In this document: positions 51,601 to 62,195 of the stretch, in pieces
How the letters are laid out: each line of letters starts with the position of its first letter
Position numbering within the stretch: position 1 is the first letter of the stretch
Assembly: GCA_963808235.1 (NCBI GenBank)
Contig: CAWEEQ010000004.1
Coordinates: 3,008,001 to 3,072,000 of the forward strand
DNA: 64,000 nt
Direction of reading: 5' to 3'
Source: an uncultured delta proteobacterium
Lineage (GTDB): Bacteria > Desulfobacterota > Binatia > Binatales > Binataceae
Notes under the pieces: model-generated
Told to the model about the DNA's origin: nothing
Databases searched by the model: none
Seen by the model: the letters and a program-made list of their open reading frames with translations, nothing else
Position numbers and translations under genes: made by a program

Positions 51601-52834
51601 TCATATCTTCGAGCTTGCCTTCGAGCTCGCGCGCGCGAGCGCCCGAAGCCGCAAGCCCGCAAGGCGGATAAATCCCTCCGCATCGGCTTGATCGTAGCCG
51701 CCGGCCTCTTCGAAACTCGCGATCTTAGGATCGTACAACGAGTTCGGCGACTTGCGGCCCGCGATCGAGACTCCGCCCTTGAACAGTTTCAACCGCGCCA
51801 CTCCGTTGACGTTTTTCTGCGTATCGTCCACCAACGCCTGCAGCGCCTCACGCTCGGGCGCAAACCAGTATCCGTAATACACCATTTCCGCGTAGCGCGG
51901 GATAAGCGAGTCGCGCAGATGCATCACCTCACGGTCGAGGGTCAATTGTTCGACCGCACGATGCCCATGGAACAGAATGGTCACGCCGGGGGTCTCGTAC
52001 ACGCCGCGCGACTTTATTCCGACGTATCGATTCTCGACCAAATCTGCGCGACCGATCCCATGCCGGCCCGCGATTTCGTTGGCGCGCTGGATGACTTGCG
52101 CGGGCAGCAGCTTCTCACCGTTAATCGAAACGGGATTACCGCCCGCATATTCGATTTCCACGTACTCAGGCTTGTTCGGCGCGTCTTCAGGCGAGACGGT
52201 CAGCCGGAACATGTCGTCGTAAGGCTCGCGCCACGGATCCTCCAGGATGCCGCCCTCGTAGCTGACGTGGACCATGTTGCGATCCATCGAGTAGGGCTTC
52301 TCGGCGGTGACCGTGATGGGAATTTTCTTTTCGTTGGCGTACGCGACCATGTCAGCGCGACCCTTGAACGGCCAATCCAGGCGACGCCACGGCGCGACGA
52401 TCTTCAGATCCGGCGCGCAGCCGCGCGAACGTCAACTCGTATCGCACCTGGTCGTTGCCCTTGCCGGTAGCTCCGTGGGCGACGGCGTCGGCGCCTTCCT
52501 CGCGCGCTATCTCGATCTGCTTCTTCGCGATCACCGGCCGCGCGATCGAAGTGCCGAGCAGGTAATATCCTTCGTAAACCGCGTTCGCGCGCATCATTGG
52601 AAATACGAAGTCGCGGGCAAATTCCTCGCGCAGATCGACGAGATGAAATTTGCTCGCTCCGGTCTTGAGCGCTCTCTCTTCGAGTCCGTCGGTCTCGTCG
52701 CCGCCCTGGCCGACTTCGGCGCAGTAAGCAATCACCTCGCATCCGAAGTGGTCCTTGATCCAACGAAGGATCACAGAAGTGTCGAGGCCTCCCGAATAGG
52801 CGAGCACCAGTTTTTTAATTTTCTCAGTTGCCAC
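51601..52834 (-). CDS. argG: Argininosuccinate synthase (frameshifts near 52360-52425)
   Basis: [44 protein letters not shown]. Confidence 0.96.
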
Positions 52835-52851
52835 GATTTAGTTCTCTGCCG

Positions 52852-53811
52852 TCACGCCTCGCTCGGCGCGATTCGCAAAATTTCGGGCCGGATCAGCCAG
52901 ACCATTACGGCCTTCTGCGCATGCAGACGATTTTCCGCCTGGTCGAGCACGACCGAGCGCGGACCGTCGATTACGTCGTCGGTAATTTCCTCGCCGCGAT
53001 GCGCCGGCAGGCAATGCATTACGATGGCACTCTTGCGCGCGTGCTTCATAAGAGCGTCGTTCACCTGGAAGCCCTTGAAGTCGCGACGCCGCTGCGCCGC
53101 TTCTTTTTCCCGACCCATCGAGGTCCACGTGTCGGTGTAGACGACGTCCGCGTCCTTCACTGCGGCGGCCGGATCGTCGCTCAGCGTGCCGATCTCTTCA
53201 TCGCGCAGTCGCTTCACAAATTCCTTTGCCGGCTCATAGCCCTTCGGACATGCGAGGCGAAGTTCGAATCCCGCAAGGGCCGCCGCTTCGATCCAGCTTT
53301 GCGCGAGATTGAATCCGTCGCCAACAAACGCAACTCGAATCTTACTAAGATCACGGCCGAAGCGCTCCTGCAAAGTCATCAGGTCGGCGAGTAGCTGGCA
53401 GGGATGAAGCAAATCGGTGAGCCCGTTGATGACCGGCACCGTCGCTTCGCGCGCGAGTTCGACGGCGGTCTCGTGGGAGAAGGTGCGAATCATAATCAAA
53501 TCGACCGAGCGCGAAATGTTGCGCGCGACATCCTTGACCGATTCGCGCTCGCCGATACCAATATCGTTCGGCGCGAGATAAATCGCGTGCCCGCCGAGCT
53601 GGGCCATCCCGGTTTCGAAGGTAATCCGCGTCCTTAACGAGGGCTTTTGGAAAACCATCGCGAGCGTCCGTCCGCGCAAATAAGGATGGTCGAGCCCGAT
53701 TTTCAGTTCGGCCTTGAGGCGCGCACCGAGAGCGAGCAGGCCGCCCAGCTCCGCCGCGCTGAGCGAGCTGAGTTCGAGAAAATCGCGCTTTGTCTGAAGT
53801 GAGGCGTTCAC
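52852..53811 (-). CDS. argF: Ornithine carbamoyltransferase
   Basis: FQKPSLRTR, HPCQ, SMG, HCLP, QAENR; GTG start overlaps the argD stop. Confidence 0.96.
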   Translation of the reverse strand: MNASLQTKRDFLELSSLSAAELGGLLALGARLKAELKIGLDHPYLRGRTLAMVFQKPSLRTRITFETGMAQLGGHAIYLAPNDIGIGERESVKDVARNISRSVDLIMIRTFSHETAVELAREATVPVINGLTDLLHPCQLLADLMTLQERFGRDLSKIRVAFVGDGFNLAQSWIEAAALAGFELRLACPKGYEPAKEFVKRLRDEEIGTLSDDPAAAVKDADVVYTDTWTSMGREKEAAQRRRDFKGFQVNDALMKHARKSAIVMHCLPAHRGEEITDDVIDGPRSVVLDQAENRLHAQKAVMVWLIRPEILRIAPSEA

Positions 53812-55019
53812 GTGCGATTCATCGGGTCGGCGGGCGCGGACTTGAGAGCTTTTTCGATTATGTCGAGCCCAGCGTCCGCCTCTTCGCGGGTCAGGTTCAG
53901 CGGCGGCAACAGCCTCAGCACATTGCCCGCGGTGCCGTTGACCAGCAGGCGATCCTTCAGGCACGCATCGACGATCGGACGCGCGTCGTGCTTGAGCACC
54001 AAGCCGATGATCATCCCGAGACCGCGTACCTCGAGGATTCGATCGCACGATTTCGCGAACTTGCCGAGCCGCTCGAGGATATAGGCTCCGACGCTCGAGG
54101 CGTTCTCGAGCACGCCGTCCTGATCGATCGCGTCCAGCATTCCCAACGCTGCCGCACACGCGACCGGGTTGCCGCCGAACGTGCTCCCGTGACTCCCGGG
54201 CGTGAAACTTGACGCGATCTCCACCCGTGCGATCATCGCGCCAATCGGAATTCCACCGCCGAGCGATTTGGCCAGCGTCACGATGTCGGGTTTGATGCCG
54301 ACGTGCTCGTACGCGAAGAATTTTCCGGTGCGTCCCATTCCAGTCTGGATTTCGTCCAGGATCAGCAGCATCTTGTTGCGATCGCAGAAATCGCGCATCC
54401 GCTTGAGGTAATCGGGCCGAGACACGACCACACCACCTTCGCCCTGAATTGGCTCGACCAAAACCGCGACGGTTTCGTCCCGGCGCGCGCGATCGAGCGC
54501 CGCAATGTCGTCGAACGGAACCAGTCGAAAGCCGGGCATCAGCGGCTGAAACCCCTGGTGATACTTCTCCTGCCCGGTCGCGCTCAGGGTTGCCAGCGTG
54601 CGCCCGTGGAACGATCCCAGCGTCGCCAAGATCTCGAAGCGGCCGCCGCCTGCATTGCTGCCCCATCGACGCGCCAGCTTGATTGCGGCCTCGTTCGCTT
54701 CGGCGCCCGAATTGCCCAGAAAAACTTTGCCGCCACCGAATCGATTCGCGAGGCGCTCCACCAGCCGCGCGGTCGCTTCGGTGTGAAAGACGTTGGAGAC
54801 GTGAGTGAGCTTTTCGGCCTGCTCCTTGATCGCGCGCACGACGCGCGGATATCCATGACCGAGACTCGTGACCGCGAGTCCGCAGAAGAAATCCAGGTAG
54901 CGATTCCCGTCCGCATCGTACAGATACGCGCCGTGACCGCGCACGAACGCGAGCGGCAGGCATCCATAAACATCGACCATATTTCGATGCGTGAGTTCTA
55001 CTATTTCCGCATTGTTCAT
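53808..55019 (-). CDS. argD: Acetylornithine aminotransferase
   Basis: NSGAEANE, FHGRT, EPIQGEGG, DEIQTG.GRTG, LAKSLGGG, HGSTFGGNP. Confidence 0.96.
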   Translation of the reverse strand: MNNAEIVELTHRNMVDVYGCLPLAFVRGHGAYLYDADGNRYLDFFCGLAVTSLGHGYPRVVRAIKEQAEKLTHVSNVFHTEATARLVERLANRFGGGKVFLGNSGAEANEAAIKLARRWGSNAGGGRFEILATLGSFHGRTLATLSATGQEKYHQGFQPLMPGFRLVPFDDIAALDRARRDETVAVLVEPIQGEGGVVVSRPDYLKRMRDFCDRNKMLLILDEIQTGMGRTGKFFAYEHVGIKPDIVTLAKSLGGGIPIGAMIARVEIASSFTPGSHGSTFGGNPVACAAALGMLDAIDQDGVLENASSVGAYILERLGKFAKSCDRILEVRGLGMIIGLVLKHDARPIVDACLKDRLLVNGTAGNVLRLLPPLNLTREEADAGLDIIEKALKSAPADPMNRT

Positions 55020-55040
55020 CTGAGTACGCTGTTCGTTCCG

Positions 55041-55988
55041 CTAACTGCCCGACTTCCGTCCGCCCTGGGCGCGGCGCGGTGAGTTCGCAAGCTCCGATAC
55101 CTTGGCGCGGCGACGGACGACTTCGGTGCCGATTCCCGCGCGGGTGAAAATTTCGAGCAGCACCGCATGCTTCACGCGCCCGTCGATTATGTGCGTCTTC
55201 GCGACGCCCTTTTGCAGCGCCTCGACGCAGCACTCGACTTTCGGAATCATCCCTTCGTGAATCACGCCGCGCGCGATTAGCCGTTTGGCCTCGGCCGCGT
55301 CGAGTGTCGAGAGCAGCTTGCCGTCCTTGTCCTTCACGCCTTCGACGTCGCTCAGCAGGATCAGTTTTTCAGCCTTGAGCGCGGCCGCGATTTCGCCGGC
55401 GGCCACGTCGGCATTGATATTGTAAGTCTGCCCGTCGCGTCCGAAACCGGTCGGCGCGATCACCGGGATGAAGTTGTTGGCCTCCAGCGTGCGGAGCAAC
55501 TCCGGATTCACCCGATCCACTTCGCCCACCAATCCGATATCTACGCTCGAGCGCTTGCCGTTGTCATCGGTCACGACCATCCGCATCTTGCGCGATCTGA
55601 TCAGGTCGCCGTCCTTGCCCGACAGTCCGACCGCGCGGCCGCCCTGGCGCGAAATCGTCGCGACCAGGTCCTTGTTGATTCTTTGCAGAACCATCTCGGC
55701 CGCTTCCATCGTCGCCGGATCGGTCACCCGCATCCCGCGCACGAAGCGCGATTTCAATCCGAGCTTGCCGATAAGCTCGGTAATCTGAGGGCCGCCGCCA
55801 TGCACGATGACCGGATTGATCCCGACCAGGTCGAGCAAGACGACTTCCTGCGCGAAGCTTTCGCGCAGTTCCTCGGTCAGCATCGCAGCGCCGCCGTACT
55901 TGATTACGAACGTCTTGCCACGAAAGCGCCTGATATACGGCAGCGCCTCGATAAGCACGTCGGCCCGCTGGTGGACGGTTTCTTTCAC
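55041..55988 (-). CDS. argB: Acetylglutamate kinase
   Basis: EALPYI, IKYGG, VHGGGPQI, NINAD, GMIPKV. Confidence 0.97.
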   Translation of the reverse strand: MKETVHQRADVLIEALPYIRRFRGKTFVIKYGGAAMLTEELRESFAQEVVLLDLVGINPVIVHGGGPQITELIGKLGLKSRFVRGMRVTDPATMEAAEMVLQRINKDLVATISRQGGRAVGLSGKDGDLIRSRKMRMVVTDDNGKRSSVDIGLVGEVDRVNPELLRTLEANNFIPVIAPTGFGRDGQTYNINADVAAGEIAAALKAEKLILLSDVEGVKDKDGKLLSTLDAAEAKRLIARGVIHEGMIPKVECCVEALQKGVAKTHIIDGRVKHAVLLEIFTRAGIGTEVVRRRAKVSELANSPRRAQGGRKSGS

Positions 55989-56094
55989 GCGGATGCTAAA
56001 TCCCTCCGAAACATGAAATCAAAACAGTATTGCGCGCGCGGCGCAATCGGTCGCGGGCGCGGTCTTTAACGCAACGATAACGGGCGAATTGCTG

Positions 56095-57465
56095 CTACAG
56101 GATATATCGCGACAGATCCTCGTCCTTGACGATTGAATCGAGGCGGCCGTGAACGTATCCGGCGTCGATCGTGAGATCGCGCTCCTGCAGTTCCGGCGCG
56201 CTGAACGACAATTCCTCGAGCAGCCGCTCGAGCACCGTGTGCAAACGGCGCGCGCCGATATTCTCCGAGCGGGAATTAACCTTCGCTGCGATCTCCGCCA
56301 GCGCCGCCACCCCATCCTCGGTGAAACGCAGATGCACCCCCTCGGTCTCCATCAGCGCGACGTACTGGCGGGTGAGCGCGTTCTCCGGCTCGGTGAGAAT
56401 CCGGATGAAATCGTCGCGGGTCAGCGCCTTCAATTCCACCCGAATCGGAAAGCGTCCCTGAAACTCGGGAATAAGATCCGACGGCTTGGAGGTGTGAAAC
56501 GCGCCCGACGCGACGAACAAAATATGATCGGTCTTGACCGCGCCGTATTTCGTGTTCACCGTCGAGCCCTCGACTATCGGCAGCAGGTCGCGCTGCACGC
56601 CTTCGCGCGAGACGTCGGGACCACGCGTCTCGCTGCCGGCAATCTTGTCGATCTCGTCGATAAACACGATTCCCGACTGTTCCGCGCGATGGATCGCTTC
56701 GTGCGCGACTGTTTCCATGTCAACCAGCCGCGCCGCTTCTTCGGCCGTGAGCAGTTCCATCGCCTCGGGAATTTTCACTTTGCGCGTGCGCGTCTTCTTC
56801 GGCATGAGCTGATTCATCAGCTCCTTCATGTTGAGGCCCATCTCCTCCATCCCCTGCGGAGTGAAGACCTCGATATTCGGAGTCGCGTTCGCACTGACTT
56901 CCAGCTCGACTTCCCGATCGTCAAGATGACCGTCGACGAGCAGCTTGCGCAGCTTCTCGCGCGTGTCCTTGTGCGAATCGTTGCCGGCGACCTCGATATG
57001 CCCCTCGGGCGTAATTCCGGCCGGCCGCCGCACCTTGGTCGGCGGTGGGAACAATAGATCGAGCAAGCGCTCTTCGGCATTCTCGCGCGCCTTCACCGCG
57101 ACTCGATCGCGCGCTTCCTCGCGCACGATTTTCACCGAGCATTCCGCAAGGTCGCGGATCATCGACTCGACGTCGCGGCCGACGTAGCCAACCTCGGTGT
57201 AGCGCGAGGCCTCCACCTTGACGAACGGCGCCTGCGCGAGCCTTGCGAGGCGCCGCGCGATCTCGGTCTTGCCGACTCCGGTCGGTCCGATCATCAGGAT
57301 ATTTTTCGGCGCGATTTCGTCGCGCAACTCGGGCGCGACGTTCTGCCGGCGCCATCGGTTGCGCAAGGCGATCGCGACCGCGCGCTTGGCATCGTGCTGT
57401 CCGACGATGTAGCGATCGAGCTCCGAGACGATCTCGCGCGGAGTCATAACCTGTGGAACTGGCAT
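56095..57465 (-). CDS. hslU: HslUV protease ATPase subunit
   Basis: [35 protein letters not shown]. Confidence 0.97.
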   Translation of the reverse strand: MPVPQVMTPREIVSELDRYIVGQHDAKRAVAIALRNRWRRQNVAPELRDEIAPKNILMIGPTGVGKTEIARRLARLAQAPFVKVEASRYTEVGYVGRDVESMIRDLAECSVKIVREEARDRVAVKARENAEERLLDLLFPPPTKVRRPAGITPEGHIEVAGNDSHKDTREKLRKLLVDGHLDDREVELEVSANATPNIEVFTPQGMEEMGLNMKELMNQLMPKKTRTRKVKIPEAMELLTAEEAARLVDMETVAHEAIHRAEQSGIVFIDEIDKIAGSETRGPDVSREGVQRDLLPIVEGSTVNTKYGAVKTDHILFVASGAFHTSKPSDLIPEFQGRFPIRVELKALTRDDFIRILTEPENALTRQYVALMETEGVHLRFTEDGVAALAEIAAKVNSRSENIGARRLHTVLERLLEELSFSAPELQERDLTIDAGYVHGRLDSIVKDEDLSRYIL

Positions 57466-57493
57466 TTGGTGGGAGACTTCCTTGCGCGGCTGG

Positions 57494-58063
57494 CTACAGT
57501 TCCTCGAATACAAATTGATCGTTGGTATATACGCAAACTTCCGACGCGATCTTCATGGCGGCTTCCGCGATCTCGCGCGCTGACATCGTGGTACTGTTGT
57601 GCCGCACCAGCGCGCGCGCCGCAGAGAGCGCATAATTTCCGCCCGACCCGATCGCCAGGATCCCGTCGTCGGCTTCCAGCACGTCGCCAACACCCGAAAT
57701 CAGCAGCGAGCTCTCCTTGTCCGCGACCACCAGCATAGCTTCCAGCCGGCGCAGGATCCGATCCGTACGCCAGTCCTTCGCGAGCTCAACCGCCGCGCGG
57801 CGGAGCACTCCGTTGTACTCCTGCAGCTTCGATTCGAACTTGTCGAACAGGGTCAGCGCGTCCGCCGTCGAGCCGGCAAAACCCGCGAGCACGCGATCCT
57901 GATGAAGCCGGCGCACCTTCTTCGCCTTCGACTTCATGATCGTCTGTCCGACGCTCACCTGCCCGTCGCCCGCCATCACGACATGCCCCTGATGGCGCAC
58001 GCTCAGAATCGTGGTATGGCGAACTTTGGTTTCGTTGTCGGGCTCAAGCCCGTGGATGCGCAC
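57494..58063 (-). CDS. hslV: HslUV protease peptidase subunit
   Basis: [23 protein letters not shown]. Confidence 0.97.
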   Translation of the reverse strand: MRIHGLEPDNETKVRHTTILSVRHQGHVVMAGDGQVSVGQTIMKSKAKKVRRLHQDRVLAGFAGSTADALTLFDKFESKLQEYNGVLRRAAVELAKDWRTDRILRRLEAMLVVADKESSLLISGVGDVLEADDGILAIGSGGNYALSAARALVRHNSTTMSAREIAEAAMKIASEVCVYTNDQFVFEEL

Positions 58064-58964
58064 GTTTGTAAACCTCTTTCAAATGATTCACGCTCACATG
58101 AGTATAGCGCTGCGTGGTCGCGAGACTCGCATGACCGAGCATCTCCTGGATCGACCGCAAATCGGCTCCATTGCCAAGCATATGCGTTGCAAAACAATGG
58201 CGCAGCCCGTGCGGCGTGATTCCCGCGCTAAGCCCCGCCGCGGCGATCCGCCGCTGAAGTATCATCTCGACGCTGCGAGTCGTCAGCCTGCCGCCGCGAA
58301 GATTGACGATCACCGGCCCGTCAGGCTCCCATGCAATCGGCATCGCGCGCCGCCATGCCATAAGCGCGTCAAGCGCCGGCTCGCCTACCGGCACCAGCCG
58401 ATCCTTGTTGCCCTTGCCCGATCGCACCATCACCATCCCGAGCTCTTCGTCGATATCTCGCCAGTTGAGCCCGACCAATTCGCTAACCCGCAGGCCAGTC
58501 GAGTAGAGCGTCTCGAAAATCGCACGATCGCGAGCCGCAGCGGCAGAGGTGTCTTCAGGAGCGACTTCGATCAGCCGGCGCACCTCATCCTGCTGTAATA
58601 TCGAAGGCAATCGCCGCTCGTTCTTTGGCGATCGGATCGATCGCGCAGGACTCGGCTCGCCCATCGTCGTTTCGCGGTAGCGAAAAAATGCCTTGATCGC
58701 GCTTAATCTGCGCTGGACGGTGGTGCGCTTGGCGGTCTTCATAAGTTCGGCCAGGTAGCTACGGATATGGTCCGCGGTGACGTGTGCGAGATCGATCTCA
58801 TCGACCTGCCGACCCACAATCGCAGCTCGCTCGAGCAGGAACGTCCGGAATGCGAGCAGGTCGCGGCGGTAGCTGATAACCGTATTCTCCGCGGCCCGCG
58901 ACGCCTTTCTGAGCGTCGCGCCAAATGCCTCCACCGCCGGCCCCATCGTCTCGCGCATACCCAC
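58044..58964 (-). CDS. xerC: Tyrosine recombinase XerC
   Basis: [27 protein letters not shown]....TQRYTH; upstream of hslV. Confidence 0.92.
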   Translation of the reverse strand: MGMRETMGPAVEAFGATLRKASRAAENTVISYRRDLLAFRTFLLERAAIVGRQVDEIDLAHVTADHIRSYLAELMKTAKRTTVQRRLSAIKAFFRYRETTMGEPSPARSIRSPKNERRLPSILQQDEVRRLIEVAPEDTSAAAARDRAIFETLYSTGLRVSELVGLNWRDIDEELGMVMVRSGKGNKDRLVPVGEPALDALMAWRRAMPIAWEPDGPVIVNLRGGRLTTRSVEMILQRRIAAAGLSAGITPHGLRHCFATHMLGNGADLRSIQEMLGHASLATTQRYTHVSVNHLKEVYKRAHPRA

Positions 58965-59094
58965 CTGAGCGGCTATGCTATCAGCGTCGATTGTGCCGAA
59001 AAAGCATGGTTCTGAAGCTCCCAGTGCTCTTAGTGACCCGCCCGTGCTTATTGCTTTCCTCGTTCGTCAATAGGGACTCGGGTCAGGATGTTTC

Positions 59095-59388
59095 GTGATG
59101 AACTGCTGGCATTGCGGCCGCACGATCGAGGTGATCGCGGGGAAAGATCGCGTCGGTTTTCGCGACGATTGTCCGGGATGCAATCGCGCGCTTCACGTAT
59201 GCCTCAACTGCGCGCTTTACGACACCAGTTACAACAACGCTTGCCGCGAGCCGATGGCCGAGCGAGTCGTCGACAAGGACCGCTTCAACTTCTGCGAATA
59301 TTTCACTCCCGGCGACAATAAAAAGCCCGCGCCGTCCGCGAAGTCTGGCGCGCAAAGTAAGCTCGAGGATCTTTTCAAAAAAAAGTGA
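59095..59388 (+). CDS. Cys-rich zinc-binding hypothetical protein
   Basis: CWHC, CPGC, CLNC, C, C pattern. Confidence 0.8.
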   Translation: MMNCWHCGRTIEVIAGKDRVGFRDDCPGCNRALHVCLNCALYDTSYNNACREPMAERVVDKDRFNFCEYFTPGDNKKPAPSAKSGAQSKLEDLFKKK

Positions 59389-59813
59389 TGACATCGTCTC
59401 CCAACTGGCATGCGCGCGAAAAAATCTACGCTGTGGCCGTCCTGGTCTCAGCGCTCGCGCTAGGATGCCATCCCGCCAACAGCGCGCGCGGCGTCGTGGA
59501 CGATTTCATCGACCAATACTATGTCGCGATCAACCTGAAGGCGGCGGAGCCCTTCTGCACCGGATTGGCACTCGACAAAATTCATCAGGAAATGAAGCTG
59601 ACCGCCGGGCAGAAAATCGACGCCAACACGCGCAAGCCCGTCGTACACTACCGGCTCAAGGCCGAGCGCGACGGTACTGACCACATCGAATTTCTTTTTC
59701 GCGCTACAATAGATGTGCCCGACGGCGGCACTTTCGAGCGCAACTGGATGATCACTGCGCGCAAGGAATCCGCCGCGTGGAAGGTTTCGAATTTCGGTGA
59801 GTACGAGCAATAG
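59385..59813 (+). CDS. Hypothetical lipoprotein
   Basis: LALGC lipobox; coupled to neighbouring genes. Confidence 0.7.
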   Translation: MMTSSPNWHAREKIYAVAVLVSALALGCHPANSARGVVDDFIDQYYVAINLKAAEPFCTGLALDKIHQEMKLTAGQKIDANTRKPVVHYRLKAERDGTDHIEFLFRATIDVPDGGTFERNWMITARKESAAWKVSNFGEYEQ

Positions 59814-61209
59814 CGCGACAATTGTCCTCGCCGCCGGGCTCGGCACGCGGATGCGCTCGCGCCGCGCCAAGGTTCTGCACGAACTCGGCGGAGAACCGAT
59901 CATCGTACGATTGTTGCGACAAATCGGCGCCAGTCAGGAAACACCGATCGTGATCGTAGTCGGCTACCAGGCGCGCGAGGTCGAGTCGGTTGTGCGCAAC
60001 AGTTTCCCGGATTCCCAAGTTCGATTCGCATTGCAGAGCGAGCAGCGCGGAACCGGCGACGCGCTCCGCGTCGGCCTCCAGAGCCTACCTGCCGACTTCG
60101 ACGGTGGCGCGATGGTCCTCTACGGCGACGTGCCGAGGGTCTCGGATGCGACGCTGCGAGAGTTCTCGAGCGCTATCGATCGCGGCGGCGATTCCGGCTT
60201 TGGATTCATCAGCGTGAAGCTCCCTGATGGGAGTGCCTACGGGCGCGTAATTCGCCACGCGTCCGGACAAGTCGAAGCGATCGTCGAGGCGCGCGACGCG
60301 TCTGTCGCCGAGCTGGCGATCCGGGAAATCAATACTGGCACCTATTACTTTCCGCGCGTCTCGAATCTGCGCGAACTGTTTGCCGAACTGAAACCCAACA
60401 ACGCGCAGGGCGAATATTATTTGACCGATTTGGTCGCGATCGCGCGCCGTCGCGGCCTCAAAGTCGAGGCGTGGATCGCAAAGGACCCGGCCGAGTTCGC
60501 GAACATCAACTCACGCGAGGAGCTGGCAGAAATGGAAGCGCAAATTCGAGCGGCAGTTAACCGCAAACTGATGGAAGCGGGCGTGACGCTCGTCGATCCC
60601 GCGACCGCCTACATCTCCGAGCAAGCCGAGATCGCGCCCGACTGCGTGATCGGCCCGGGCGTGCAGATTCTTGGGACGTGCAAGCTCGGCGAAGGCGTCC
60701 GCATCGACGGCACCGCATGGCTCAGCAACGTGACGATCGGTCCGCGATGCCATCTGAAACTCGGCGTCCGCGCCGAAGATTGCGTGATTGGCGAGGACTC
60801 CGAAATCGGCCCCTTCGCCAATCTGCGCGCCGGCACTGAGCTCGCGGGCCACAATCGAATCGGCAATTTCGTCGAGACCAAGAAAGCGCGCATCGGCCGC
60901 GGCACCAAGGCGAGCCATCTGAGCTATCTGGGCGACGCAACCATCGGCGCCGATACCAACGTCGGATGCGGCGTTATCACGGTAAACTACGACGGCTACG
61001 AAAAGCATCAAACCGTGATCGGCGATCGATGCATGGTCGGCTGCGACACCCAGTTAGTCGCACCGGTCAAAGTAGGCAACGACGTATACGTAGCATCAGG
61101 AACGACCATAGTGCGCGAGGTCCCCGACGGCGCACTCGTGATGTCGCACCACCCGCAGCGAGAAAAATCGGGCTGGATGGCCACCTGGCGCAAACGTCAC
61201 GGCGAGTAG
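59797..61209 (+). CDS. glmU: Bifunctional UDP-GlcNAc pyrophosphorylase / GlcN-1-P acetyltransferase
   Basis: LAAGLGTRM, GTG, YGDVP, EYYLTD, GNFVE, HLSYLGDA, NYDG. Confidence 0.97.
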   Translation: MSTSNSATIVLAAGLGTRMRSRRAKVLHELGGEPIIVRLLRQIGASQETPIVIVVGYQAREVESVVRNSFPDSQVRFALQSEQRGTGDALRVGLQSLPADFDGGAMVLYGDVPRVSDATLREFSSAIDRGGDSGFGFISVKLPDGSAYGRVIRHASGQVEAIVEARDASVAELAIREINTGTYYFPRVSNLRELFAELKPNNAQGEYYLTDLVAIARRRGLKVEAWIAKDPAEFANINSREELAEMEAQIRAAVNRKLMEAGVTLVDPATAYISEQAEIAPDCVIGPGVQILGTCKLGEGVRIDGTAWLSNVTIGPRCHLKLGVRAEDCVIGEDSEIGPFANLRAGTELAGHNRIGNFVETKKARIGRGTKASHLSYLGDATIGADTNVGCGVITVNYDGYEKHQTVIGDRCMVGCDTQLVAPVKVGNDVYVASGTTIVREVPDGALVMSHHPQREKSGWMATWRKRHGE

Positions 61210-61218
61210 GGCTCCACT

Positions 61219-62115
61219 GTGACGATGCCCAACCTAACCGGCGCGCGCACGCGCTATGCCCGAAAAATTCGGCGCAAGGCGCATTTGCGCTCGAAGCTGC
61301 TCGTGCGCGCGTTTGCCGAAACGCCGCGCGAGGATTACCTCGGCCCGCCGCCGTGGAAACTCATTACCCGCAAGGGCTATCGCGTCCCGCGCAAATCTCA
61401 TCCTCGGCGCCTGTACGACGACGTGCTGGTCGGCATCATCCCCGAACGATTGCTGAACAACGGCCAGCCGAGTGGTCTTGCGATGTGGTTCGACGCGCTC
61501 GATCTCAAACGCAACGAGCGGGTCGTGCATATCGGATGCGGCACCGGATATTACACCGCGATCCTCGCAAGCGTCGTCGGCGCCGGCGGTCACGTGCGCG
61601 CATTCGAGATCGACGCGGAGCTGGCGCCGCGCGCGACTCGCAACCTGGCCCATCTGCGCCACGTCGAAGTGATCCAGGGTGACGGAAGCACCCTCGACCC
61701 CGGTCCGGCCGACGCGATTTTCGTAAACGCAGGCGCCAACTACCCGGCCTCAATTTGGCTCGACTCGCTTCCCGTCGACGGCCGCCTGATGTTCCCGCTG
61801 ATCAGTACGGCCAAAATATTGCATCCGATAGTCAACCCGTGGCGGTCGCGACGTTACCCGCACTTCTACCCGTATGGATTGGGCGGCATGATGATGCTGA
61901 TCACGCGCGAGGCATCGCGCTTGAGCGTCCGCGCAATTTCCTCGGTCGGTATCTTTCCGTGTATCGGCGCGATCGAGCGCGAGGCTGACAAGCGCGCCGC
62001 CGCTGCGCTCGCGCGCACAGACTATGACTCGTTATCGACGCTGCGACGCGATTCGCATCCGCAAGACGATAGTTGCTGGCTGCACGGCGACGGCTTCTGC
62101 TTTTCGACTTTTTAA
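61219..62115 (+). CDS. Protein-L-isoaspartate O-methyltransferase-like protein
   Basis: PRE.YL, NNGQP, HIGCGTGYYTAIL, D.IFVNAG, GRL.FP. Confidence 0.85.
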   Translation: MTMPNLTGARTRYARKIRRKAHLRSKLLVRAFAETPREDYLGPPPWKLITRKGYRVPRKSHPRRLYDDVLVGIIPERLLNNGQPSGLAMWFDALDLKRNERVVHIGCGTGYYTAILASVVGAGGHVRAFEIDAELAPRATRNLAHLRHVEVIQGDGSTLDPGPADAIFVNAGANYPASIWLDSLPVDGRLMFPLISTAKILHPIVNPWRSRRYPHFYPYGLGGMMMLITREASRLSVRAISSVGIFPCIGAIEREADKRAAAALARTDYDSLSTLRRDSHPQDDSCWLHGDGFCFSTF

Positions 62116-62195
62116 CTTATTAGCTTTCCAAAGCTCCACCGTCGGGGAGGTTTGCAAACCGCGTGGTCCGGGTGCGAGTCTGAACCCGCCTTAAA

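Noticed and set aside
19112-52834. Numerous frameshifts (DDN, Rieske, ACAD, ilvA, hisH, permease, regulator, dapF, lysA, argG) read as programmed frameshifting or mass pseudogenisation
   Set aside because: They hit core biosynthetic genes, are isolated small indels with no shared slippery motif, and both sides stay well conserved. Sequencing or consensus error is the simplest explanation; read polishing would decide.
52852-55233. 793-aa ORF suggesting a large ArgF fusion
   Set aside because: The N-terminal part is an off-frame overlap of argD and argB; argF starts near 53811.
58044-58964. Tyrosine recombinase as a prophage or island integrase
   Set aside because: Size, motifs and position before hslVU fit housekeeping XerC.
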